From Tubulanus polymorphus (lineage: Eukaryota; Animalia; Nemertea): a DNA stretch of 64,000 bases. Made by a program: the position numbers and the translations under genes. Under the pieces are notes generated by a model. It had not been told where the DNA came from and made no database searches. It saw only the letters and a list, made by a program, of their open reading frames with translations. Of this stretch, positions 48,078-59,683 are shown one piece after another (within the stretch, counting starts at the first letter, position 1; every line of letters starts with the position of its first letter). The stretch is taken from assembly GCF_964204645.1 (NCBI RefSeq), contig NC_134032.1, forward strand, positions 9,970,275 to 10,034,274, in the 5' to 3' direction.

Positions 48078-49118
48078 TACGTGATCCCTCCCCGAATAAG
48101 AACCTATAACCGCTCCTGTTCTTTTTCATAAGCGAAGTTGAAAGCCGTCGATTGCCAGGGCGAGTGTGGAGTACCACTGCGAGAGGAAAGTTATACCAGG
48201 AAAATCCGGTTATTGATAAACAAATACGACAGAGAGGGAGAGAGAGAGAGCGAGGGAACAGGTTTTGTAAACAATAATTAAATCGGGACAATGTAAATTT
48301 GTTTTGCCGACTATCTAGCCAATTCAGTATTTAACAACGTGTCAGATTTGAGGGAGATTCGATCGTGTTTTCTCCAGGAGTTTGCCTCAAACCCTCCACA
48401 CATCCTTCGCCATCTCTCCTCTCTTATCTCCCCATTTCCCTTGGAGTAATCAGACTGATTACTCCAAGCTCACACTACTCTTAATGAAATCATATCACGT
48501 GTAGTTAAAGCGTTGGGGCTCCACGCTGATTGGCTGCAGCAATGATCTTTCCGCGCTCGTGATTGGTGGGTCTAAAAATCTAACGCGCTCGATTCGAATC
48601 GTAAAACGACGATCTTATCAATTTGGATTGGCGCTTATTGTAAAAAAGGTGCAGAACACTATTACGACACACCAGGAACAAAATTCAAACGACACGCCAA
48701 AAAGGGCATGGTCTTATCGACGGGATGGACTCAAAATCTATCTTAATGTATATTTAAAACAATAGTCCATAAAATTGACACACGGTTAATTTATGAACGT
48801 TGACAGCCACAACAACCACAATTTACCTTGTTGATGAAATTGAATTAGCAACGGGTGTCGATTGGAGCGGACGAGAGAAAATGTATCGCTGTCGCTTATA
48901 CCGCAGTGCAAAAAGTACAGACTTACTGCTGGTCGGTGACCGACTTGTCGTCACGCGAAATTACTATTTCCTAAGACACGAACGTTGTTGTCAGTTTCTC
49001 CGGCTGCTGACGCGCCGAGAGGGTTTTGTTATTTCACCTGCCACAAGCGGCGGAGACTGGATTGAACGCGATGCGGCGCGCGGTCACCTGTCGTCTGCGT
49101 CTCGGCCAACCGCAAACG

Positions 49119-49160
49119 ATTACCATGGTAACGTCAGTACGCGCCGCGCGTAAGATGGCG
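49119..49160. promoter_or_regulatory. candidate promoter of the calmodulin-like gene: RFX X-box plus YY1-like motif in CpG-rich DNA
   Basis: ATTACCATGGTAAC 49119-49132, AAGATGGCG 49152-49160; minus-strand donor sites at ~48826 and ~48926, acceptor at 44465-44466. Confidence 0.45.
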
Positions 49161-51085
49161 TATAATCGAAATACAATAGAAGCCATTTCCGTTTTGCGGT
49201 GGCGCTTTTTAATGTCGGTTTGTTGTCATCATCGCCATCATCATCAGCTCAAGCGAATTGCTGACGAGAGGATTTGCGTGGAGGTCACAACGCACAGACA
49301 CGGAGCTGATTTTTTTTTTCAAAACAGCTTTGGTTCATTTACCCGAGTGATTCGGTGTGATCGAAATGGCTAATCTGAAATGGAGTAGGCCAATAAATAA
49401 ACCCAGGGGTGGATTTGGAAGGTGGGCTCGGGGTGCGGACTCATCCTGCCTATCTATCGAGATTGCTCGGTTTCGTCAAAACGGAGATTGTTAAAACCTG
49501 CTTCTTTACCACACGCTCGCACGGAACAGCTTTAGCTCAGTGATCGAATCCCTTGGCGGGCGAAGATGGATAGAGACATTTGGCATGACTGCATATCATT
49601 TCTTCTTTACCCTGGGCTTCCAATTTTGCTAATCTGAAACCTCTACTGTTTTGAAACTAAAGAATTGCCCCCTCATTTTTGTATTAGGTAACCCACCGTA
49701 TACAATATATGGACTAAACTATAGAGTTTTGTAAAGTACTTCAGCCCCGGATCAGATTCATATCTACCTCCGCGCTGTTCACGTGTCGCGCGCGCGCGAG
49801 TAGCAAACGTTAACTTCAACCGAACGATAAAAAGTACGAGAAAGCAATCGTGTAATTTGATCCGACAGCGACGCAGAATTTCTTCGCTTTTCATTTCGCT
49901 AATGGCTGGTTGTTTAGTGTTGTTTGTCAGAACTGTGTCGTTCTTATCGACCGACTTTCTCTCCAAACGGAACTCAGATTAAACGACAGACGATCGGATC
50001 AATCAGCCAAACGTTATGATCAAATTGTAGTTATCGTTACTAACGAGGACCTTCTCAGTCTCGTTGACCATTGGTGGATTTAGGGGGAGCAGCGTGCCCC
50101 CCGTAAAAGTGCCAGGAAACAATTCTGGACGGACTTTTTTTTATCAGATTGTGTCTTGAAATATTTTTTTTTCTTATTCTCACTATTGAAAAAAAGGAGT
50201 TCTCACGTAGGATTCAGTATTCTTAAATACTATTTTGAGTAAATGGAGAGTGACGGACACCCAAAATTCAAGGAAAATAATTAAGGCTAGCTATTTTTCC
50301 CTCGGGGTGCAAATGTAGATATGGTGTATAAAAAGATCCTGTTTTTAAACTATATCAGACTTAAGAAATTTATCTTTAGTTTTGTTGTGGAATGAAAGTG
50401 GATGTTAAGGATCAATTAGGCAAGCTGTTTGATTTTGTCTCTAGGTGCAAATGTAAATACGTTGTTTAAAAAAGATATTCGATTTCGTAACATCTCCCAA
50501 TTGATCTCTACTGGTTTTTTTTTGCCTGAAAGTTGATGGCTGTGTATCTAGAATCACTGTGTATTAAGGACTTCAAGATGCATCTCGAGGGCTAACTTTT
50601 AACTACGAACTCCTTCCCGCTTTATCGCACACCCAAGGGGCATGTGTTGCTAAGCCATGGCTTCGATTTACGACCAGTCTTAAGTCAACTGGGCCCAGTA
50701 TTTCGGACACCGAGTCAAGGGCAACACTGCGTTTGAATAAGACCCGTGTTGGAATTTAAGGGTTTTCGGTCGTCGGTGTGACTCGTGACGAAAGGCTGCA
50801 TCTTGTGCCGATGTTTTTTTACAGTGACACGATCTAAACTATACGTACTAATTTGCAGTAGGGAGGTTTCCGCTACTGGAAAGGCGCGCGGGAGTGTGGG
50901 TTGAGGAGATTGGAAAGAGGAGGGGTATAGGGTGAGTAGGAGAGAAGGATCTCAGTTTTAAACTGGAGAACTTAAAGTCGAGGTTCTGAAAGATTTGCAA
51001 TTCTAATCTGCACAATTGTAAATAGTTTGAACACCTTGTTTCTTCGATTGTGGTGTTCACCGATATTATTAATCTGCCGGTTTAC

Positions 51086-51142
51086 TGTAAATAGGCTGAG
51101 CCGGAAGTTCGGGATTCACACGTTTACCGTTACCATGGCAAC
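51086..51142. promoter_or_regulatory. forkhead + ETS + perfect RFX X-box cluster
   Basis: TGTAAATA 51086-51093, CCGGAAGT 51101-51108, GTTACCATGGCAAC 51129-51142. Confidence 0.45.
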
Positions 51143-53074
51143 GATGTTGAGGCCGACGTCGATGTCTGTCTCGATGGCAGACGAACTTCGAGTTGTTTTT
51201 TTTACACTGTCTACGTTTTTTATCATGAATTTCGTTTGTCATTGAAACCCGGCAATCGAGGAACTAGGTGTGCTCGTGAGAAGTCAGTCGTCTTGTATTT
51301 AATGACAAATACTAATGCTTCTGTGGTAATCGTGGATCCACTAGGTGGCGATAATGTTCGATCATCGTTATTTTAGGATTGAAAATGTACTTCTTACATT
51401 TATTACATGCCCGAGCCTGCTCCAAACAAACTGATAACCATGAATAAGAAACTAGGAGGATTTGAGATTTGGAGATCGATCGATGTAAGCAGTCCATAGG
51501 TGTTCCTACTGTGTGTGGAAATGTACGTGGAATCATTCACCCAATGAAGCTACTATTCACTAGTAAATCTTGGAGTAATCATTGAATTACTCAATGATTA
51601 CTCCAAGAGTAAATCAAGTACTACTTGTCCCGTTATTTCAGATAATTATTGTGGGAACTCTCTCATATATTCATCTTACACTGATATTTTTTGTAAGTAA
51701 ACAAGCCAGCCTATTATAAGGCTTACAAGACGCATTGATAGTATATCTCTATCTTGTGTCTTCCTACTCATCATTTATGCAAATAGGTCTACATAGATAG
51801 CAGTTAGGTGTACAACTATGTAAAAACGACGCGCAATTTACTTATATAATACATGATAATATTTACAATAATAGCACTTATAATGATGCGTTTAGATGCT
51901 ATTGGTAATTTTTAGAGACGCGTGCAATTATCATTCTTTAGTCATCCATCACCAAGGCGCTAATATAAGTATTTATAAATAAATAAATACTAATACTACT
52001 AATATTGTTGTCAACTATCAGACGAAATCGTTTTGAATTGATTCATGCGCGTTTTTAATTTTCGGCGTTTGTTTCGCGCGGCCAGAATTCGGTAAATTTT
52101 CGTTTGCCGTACACACGACGTCAGTTGGGACTCATTGTTTCGGAGGACATCGACGTCGATATTTCTTTGTCAATACAAACGCACATAGCTGGATTTTGTC
52201 ATCGCAGACTAAGCCTGGTAAAGTACGTATTCTTTTTTTTATCTGGAAAAGTTAATTAATTATTACCGCGTTTGGGACGGAGAAAATCTTTCTATTCTTT
52301 ATCTGCGACTCTTATATCCCAGCCACGAGCGATCATGAACAGTGTTCTTCGAATGGCAGGCACAGAAAAATGCCTACCTACCTGATTGTGCCATTAATTG
52401 AGTTAATTTTTGTATATCATCGGTGCCTGGAACGCTGGGAGCGTGTAAAATGTATGAACTCAAACGGTAAGATCTGTATTGTTTGGCTTTTTTTTTACCG
52501 AAAACGAATGGAGAACAATGAAAAAGTCAATTGACTTGGAGTTGATTCAGATTCAGATTTACATTTATTGCTCCAGAAATCATAAAATTTTTTCGAGTAC
52601 AGGATACAAAAAAAATAAACAGTTATACAATTATACAAATACAGTTACTCCAGATTCCGATGAAAATTGTGAATTACAGTCGAGGCTCAAACCTAAGACT
52701 ATATCGTCACGTATGATTTCCATTACTTCAGACCATTACAGGCTGATTATGTCGGTCTCATAGTGAGGCTTACTCAATATGATCAATCTTAAGCTAAGTT
52801 TAGTTCTATATTTAAGCTAGCAACTTAAGACCGACAAGTCTCTCAGTTATTTTGGATATACATCGAATCTAAGACCAGTCTTATGTTTCAAGATCACCAT
52901 AGGACTTAAGTTACGACTCGACTGGCCGAAGTCCATAAAACTGATCCCGGTTTGAAACTACGTCCTTTTTCGGTTACTAAGTTTTACGTGTTAGAATTTT
53001 CATTGATAACGAATTAGTGCTTGCCCTTAATAGAGCAAACTATCCGTTGCACTTTTTTTCAGACCGTGTACAGG

Positions 53075-56000
53075 ATGTCGAGATTGCTGGCGCTGGTTCT
53101 TGCCTGTGGACTTCTCGTCCACGCGCATGCCGGTAAGTATAGTCACAAAGATGATGATAATTTTGGCAATAACGATAATGTTTCGTTTGAATTATCAAAA
53201 GAAAATAGTATAAAACAGCATTTCATGAGTAAGAAAATAAAGAAATTGATGTAAGACACATTGAAACCCAAACATTGTCTGCTCTCAGCACGCTTCATGT
53301 TGTTGCTTCTTTCTGACTACAAAGCCTCCTCTAACTTTTTCGGCAGATAGATGTTTTGTTTGCAAGCTGAGAAATACTGACGCAACCACAAACGTTTGGA
53401 TAAGTCTCTAAAATTCATGTTATTTCCATTCGTCGCTTGTGAAATTTTCATCTGGGAAAAGATTAGTCACTAATGTTTACGCGGTGTTACGACCTTGAAC
53501 CTTTGTTTTCAGTCGTCGCTGACAGGCGCAGACGATGACAACGTCAGTGATTTCTCCCTTTACTCCCTTCTCTCTCCCTCCTCTCGATGCTCACACATCT
53601 CACCTTAGAACACCTTGCCTCCCTGGCCTTGTCACCCTTTCCTTATCTCCTCCTTCCTCTGTATGTACATCGATCTCTATGTCTGTCATCATCTTGTCCG
53701 GCGCCGTCTTATTCTCACCTCCCTCCCCATATCCTTCTTTTCACTATCTCACTTACTTATACCCTCTTGGTCCACTCTGTCCCCTCTTTCTCTCTCTCGT
53801 CGGTTTCTCATTTCAATCATCATGTAATAAATTCACACCATGATCTGACATTGCGATGAAAAGCCGTTTGTAAAGCTTATATGTATTATGAACGTATTAT
53901 TAACGTATCATGAAATATGCATTTTCAGTTGTTGCGGGAATTCAACACAGTATGTAAGTAATTCAAAACTTCGACGACGACGCCAAATAAAAGTTATTAA
54001 AAAAGTATAAATCCATCTTTCAAGAAAAAAAAAACAGGTTCCTTCTGAGAAATTCAACAATCAATGACTGGATTTCATAAGATATTTCGGTTTGTTTCAG
54101 GGATGAGGCGAACGGTATTTCTAAGAGAACGGCAGAATTCGCAGAAGAGAAACGCGACAACCAAGATAGGTAAATACCGAGATCATTCAAAATTCAAAAT
54201 TCCATTCCATGAAAATAAGAAAAGATGGCTGCCTTCTTAAATACCGCTAAGAAACATTAATCTTAAAAAAACGCCGAGACGATAACGCATCACTGCATCA
54301 TCATGTATTCGCAAGTAGGTTTGTTAATACTACTACTATGCAATATTACTGTTGCAATCCACCCATGGTCTCTAGTGTATAGTCAACCTTACAAGTTTTT
54401 AATCTTAGAATAGAGAATTGCCCCTCTAATAATTTTAACAAAATATGTACCCCACGTGGGACTGGAACCACTAATCTGCCAGAGGGTACCAGAACCAACC
54501 GCGCCACTATCTTGTACAATATTATACATGCTTTAAAAAACGGAACTGGACAATGCTACCAATGCAAACAGGGATATTCGTCAGAATTGCTAGCTTAGCT
54601 AAAACCGATTTATAGATTGAATAAGTCATAACTGAAGTTCTCGCAGAAGAACTGTGACTTATTTATTTTTGGACGTGATGAATAATGATATTTTTCAATC
54701 AAATATGTATCACAGGATAAAATCCAATTGTTTATATTTTGCTCCAACCATTTATACAATTCCAGGAGGTAAAAGCCTTACAGAGCGAAAAGAAAGATGA
54801 AAAAATTCTAAAAAATCAGCTAATTTAGGTGCATTTATTGTATAGGTACTACCGTACGTGTCAGTTGCACGGTCTGGTCTTTTGCGATAGCTTGTTTTCA
54901 TTGTCAGACATTCATTCGTGAAATTAAACTGCGCTGATGATGTACCCGCTCTTTCTCGTTTGTTTCATCAGGAAATTGGACCTTGAGAAAACTCAAGAAG
55001 GCGTCGAGACGGATGACGACTTGGCGTTAGACGCGGATAAACGAGCTTGTCGGCTGTACGGTCAGTCGTGCACCGGTACGATCTATGGAATGTGCTGCGG
55101 ACGTTTGGTGTGTCATAAGCCGTACGCCGGTAGGTACGGCAGGTGCGCGTTGTGCAAAGCAGCCAACTTGGTGTGCCGGGGGGATTCTGAATGTTGTGCA
55201 AATCTGCGGTGTCAGAAGCAATACGACAGCAGATTCGGCAGTTGCGCGTCATGCAAAGTAGCCAACTCGATGTGCTGGAAGGATTCTGAATGTTGTGGAA
55301 ATCTGCAGTGCAACAAGCAATACGCCGGACGATTCGGCAGGTGTGCACGGTGCAAAGCAGCCAACTCGATGTGCCAGGGGAATGGTGAATGCTGTCGTGG
55401 ATATACATGTCGCTGGAACAGATGTAAGCCCATTTCAATTTTGAGGCGTTATATGATTTTGGGTCGAACCGAGTTCAATTTGTATGTATTTGTTTAATTT
55501 CACTGTAGGCTCAGGATTTAGTTTAACTCTGGATCCAGATCTACGGTGATTTAATTTGAGTTCCACGTTGTGAATTCATTTGGACTACCCGTTCTATTGG
55601 AACAGAACTTTGCACCACGGGCCGGTTGCATAGTCATGGCTTAGACTTAAGACCAGTTTAAGACCAACTTAGTTCTATAGCTAATCTAACAACTTGAGAC
55701 CAGTCTTTAAGATTAAAAACCACTTTGGACTAAGGTCGCGACTGTGCAACTGGCCCCTGTATTATAAGAAGCTTAATATAGCGAAGAAAATGCGAAATGC
55801 ATTGGAAAAAACGGAAACCAGATACTTTACCACCAGAGTAACAGAACCTGTGCTTTGTGTGACAGCTTTTCTGATCGGTCGGCAAGGCATTCAAAACTTA
55901 TTCTCTGATTGAGTAAGTTACAGCCAAAGTTATCGTTCAAATATGTTAGACGAGATGAATTCGAATATCAGCTCGTCGTTTGACCATTGTTTGATTCGAG

Positions 56001-56823
56001 CACGAAAATGTATGAAGCAAAAGTATTATTTATGACATTTATTCTTTGTAGGCAGAAGATCGACAAGCTTCAGCAGTGAGTCGTGTAGGTGTCGCAATGG
56101 GAAAAGTTAAAATCGTAACCACTTTAAATCTCCCCACCCCATGCTACGGGCCTGTAACTTCAATTCAGAATGGTGCTAGACGGTGTTAGATTTATTGCAG
56201 AACAAAATATAGCTTAACCTGGTCTTGCCTTACCTGTTATTACATGAGTTTAACATGAGATAAATCCAATAGTGGAACTGCTCGAATTAAAGCCAAGAAG
56301 AGAAGTTATTCAAAGGAATGAAATTCGAAAAACTGTATAGAATATACATAACAGAACGTGTTTCTTTTACCTTTATGTAAAGCGTAGGAGATTAGAGGAA
56401 GAATTAATAACTACAGAATATCAATAAGAACTTTAAAAAGGTAATATGATATTAGTACCACGAACTTCATAAAGGCTTTTCCTCTGATTAAGATATAAGT
56501 AATACTTGATCTCGATTTAGATTTAATCATTTACCTGTGAAAATCCTCCGACGCTGGGAAACATACGTAGCTATGGCCGCCATGGCGTCATCATCTTCGC
56601 ATTTGCATTAAGAAATCCGGCATCACGTGGGAAGGGCATATCCAGTTGACAATTGATATCAAATGACAACAAAAAACGATCTGAAATTTTCAGCGATTAT
56701 CATTTCGAGAGAAAAAGTCTTTGTGAATATTTTTATGTATGATAGAGGATGATGTACATGCAGACGAAATCATAAATTGAAACATTGTAACGTGACATCT
56801 ATTTTTTTTCAGCAATAGAATGA
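53075..56823 (+). CDS. secreted prepropeptide with four tandem inhibitor-cystine-knot (knottin) domains, toxin-like, ~212 aa; join(53075-53132,53929-53953,54101-54169,54972-55423,56052-56075,56813-56823)
   Basis: signal MSRLLALVLACGLLVHAHA; propeptide VVAGIQHSMDEANGISKRTAEFAEEKRDNQDRKLDLEKTQEGVETDDDLALDADKR; then 4 x C-X6-C-X5/7-CC-X4-C-X10/4-C. Phases consistent and the first three exons are conserved in the paralog. The last two small exons are tentative. Confidence 0.88.
54972..55423 (+). CDS. knottin-repeat exon (acidic pro region, KR site, four ICK units, 99-bp internal periodicity)
   Basis: catcAG acceptor, GTAAGC donor; unit starts at 55048, 55153, 55252, 55351. Confidence 0.93.
55619..55757. 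mobile_element. MITE, GGGCC-ended (Harbinger-like)
   Basis: gggccggttgcatagtc ... gactgtgcaactggccc; same family as 931-1068 and fragments at ~45110-45230, 52780-52950, 60280-60415. Confidence 0.75.
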
Positions 56824-57254
56824 ACTTGGTGGTAATTTCAAAATTCACAGATACGTATCAATTCCGAATGAAATGTAATCAAAATAATGTATTCCATTGT
56901 GAAAATAAAGTAGCTACCGACAAGAAGTTTTCTTCAACTGAATATCTCCTTCATAATTCAATTCAATCTATCTTTCACCGTAACATACAGTTAACATCTC
57001 TAGTCTAAATTGGGCACGTTTACCTTAAAGTTTCTGGTTACATTTATCAGCGCGAAAGTAATTTCATCGATTTCCATAGATGGTGATTTTTCCAGCAGCT
57101 TGCCAAGGCCTTGTACAATCTTACGGGATTTCATACTTTCGTTTCTCTCGTACCACTTGTTGATTTTTTTTGGTGGATATTTGATTATCCAAGATGCTTG
57201 GTCGTACCTGGGATGGAGGTTAGCAGATCAGGTTTGACAACCCGCTCTTAAAGG

Positions 57255-58780
57255 ATGCTTAAGAGTGGGCCTCAGCGACTATAGCCGAAAATGAATTCCA
57301 AAGTGGTATATTACAAGGGAAAAAGCTGTACTTTAAACTGTCTGTTGATGTAGAGTAGGACAGAAACCTTATACTGTGGGGAGATAAATGATGAATTATC
57401 TTAATGGTAATTAAGTCTACTAAATGATAAATTATCTTAAAGAACATTGTCAGCTGATGTTTGTAACGGCGTGACTGTTGGGTTTCCCATACCAGTTCAC
57501 AACGCATGTCAGACACACTGTTGTCTTTGTGATATCCGTTAATTGCAAATCGTGCTGCCCTTCGTTGAACCATTTTGGCTATGTTGGTGAGTGATGAATG
57601 CTAGGGGTTCCAGATGGTATCACAGTATTCAAGGTTTAAACGAACTAGGGAAACCTAGGCTTTGGTTTTCGTATCCCTGCTGGCGTTCCGTAGATTACGT
57701 CTCAAGAATCCAAGCATGTTAGACGCCTTCTAATTTGTTATGTGGTCGATATGGGATTTCCCCAAGAGACTCCTAGATATGCTGAAGTCTTTTAAAGGTT
57801 TAATTTAATGCATTTCAGGTTTTAGTCTGCTTGTCTAGGTTTTATGGATCGTTTGACTCGCAGGATGCTGAATTTCATAGGGTGAAATTCCATCCCCCAG
57901 GATGTTGCATTCATCATGGTGCTTCAGCACATGACACACAGCCACATGCTCTAGAAGCTTGCAGTTTAGGCTTGTCAGGGAAACCGGTCTGTAGTTAGAT
58001 GGGTCCTGCCTTGCACCCTTTTTAATAGATATGTGGAACCTTTTCTTTCTTGAGGATTGCTTGAATAGCCTGGTCATGATTGGTACTATCAAGATCCGTG
58101 TAGATATAATTTCCGGCCGGGCCATCCCGCCAGGGACCTTCTTAGGATTTATGGTCCGAAGTAACTGGACCCCTTCTTCTGGCTTCTTTTGTGAAGATGA
58201 GAGTCATGTACTGTCTATTCAGGATGTTGGCCTCGTCTCATGCTGTGTTAAACAATCTTCCGTTGTCTTTGAGTGGTTGTATACCAGTGTCCTTTCTTAA
58301 TGATTAAATATAATTCCAAAATTTCTTCTGTTTTGGCTGCTTATCATGGATCATTTCTATTAGGTCGTATATGTAAGAAAAGTAGCTGTTTCTTTCCAGT
58401 ATCTGTGTTGTAGACTTCAGTTTCTTGTATTTATTCAAATCGACTCTTTTGCCAGATCTCTTCATCTTTGTGTGTAATCTCCTCTTCTTCCTGATGGTTG
58501 ATTGGATAATTCAATATCGGAGCATGTAAACCATTCTAAGGCCCTCGTAGTCGACCTTATTATATGTTAAGACCTTTTCGCCTGAGTGGAGAGTCGTATG
58601 GGATCGCAGGCTGGTTTCGATGTAGACTGCTTCGTGGTCATAGATACCAGGGGTGACTTAGGTGATGTTCACAAGTGATCCGTTTTTCGTAAAGAATAGG
58701 TCAAGAGTATTACTGGTATTTTCGGTGATTTTGGTGGATTCAGTTACTTGTTGTTCGATGAATCTATTGTTGGCTAGATT
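57255..58780 (-). mobile_element. degraded non-LTR retrotransposon (CR1/L2-group LINE, APE endonuclease + RT remnants)
   Basis: minus-strand fragments TLDLFFT...DHEAV (endonuclease), KKGARQDPSNYRPVSLTSLNCKLLEH (RT), VQRRAARF...YSFFP..IPLWNS (C-terminal); stops, frameshifts and an internal deletion. Confidence 0.9.
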
Positions 58781-59683
58781 TCTATAACCAAAAAATATAA
58801 AAAATTGACAAAATGATCTTCCACCTTGTAATATAGCTATTTCAAAAATCTCGATGTATTAAATTAGGCAGCCAAGAAAATTCGCACCAATCAGTCGCTT
58901 GCCGGTTCAGACTGAATGGAAGATTGTTTGAATGAACCGGAACCGAATTTCCAATTATGTACTACGATGACATTTAAAAGGTTGCAAATCGATCCCTGTA
59001 TGATGGTTATCAGAGTATCAAGTTATGGATGCCCGAGTAACAAGTCACTAAGGGAACATCGCAGTATGTCATCGTCGACTGGCTTGATGGACATTTTACA
59101 GCTGCTTTTCGATATCTTCTTTTTATAAATTGGTGGTATGTTTGTCGGTTTTCCGGGAAGGTTTATTGAGTATGCCTACCGGCTGCTTCCCCAAAGTAGA
59201 ACAGAATTTCCCTGAACATGCACTTTTTGGGAGTAATCGGTAATATTATACTACGCATGTATCTATTCATTTCTTGAGAAGGACTCGAAGAGATGAGTCG
59301 AAATCGATTGAAACATGTAAATAAATCATCTAATCATCATAAAGATTTTGGTAGTTGGGTTCATACTACTATTTAACTGGATACTATTTATCTGGATACT
59401 CATCCGAAATTATTCGTCGGTTTTTATCTCGACTACGACCGACATGTTTTCTCGTTGATCATGCGACGACGATAGTCTGAAAAAACTGCTTTCAGTTTTA
59501 TTTTTTAGAATTTGTGTTTATCTGCTGGAATTTTATAAACGTTGAGTCTACATCATCTGGACGGCCATTTCCGAGTTGATGTATGGTAAAACAATTTTAG
59601 TTTTTAATAAGGAAAAAAAATGACCCAACAATACAGGACAAAAGTACCGTAACAAAATGGCGGCTAGCAACTGTAAAATGGCT

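Noticed and set aside
37000-51000. Numerous 60-130 aa ORFs in the ORF track
   Set aside because: No recognisable domains, mostly non-ATG starts, lying in introns or repeats; consistent with chance ORFs
53513-53538. Acceptor-like site conserved in both prepropeptide copies (VVADRRRR*)
   Set aside because: No GT donor and it leads to a stop; the 25-nt exon gives the phase that reaches the knot exon
54440-54510. tRNA gene candidates (also ~16706, ~62815, ~63724)
   Set aside because: Only A/B-box-like fragments without a complete cloverleaf; more likely SINE relics
54968-55438. Antisense ORFs over the knottin exon
   Set aside because: Shadows of the repeated Cys-rich coding strand
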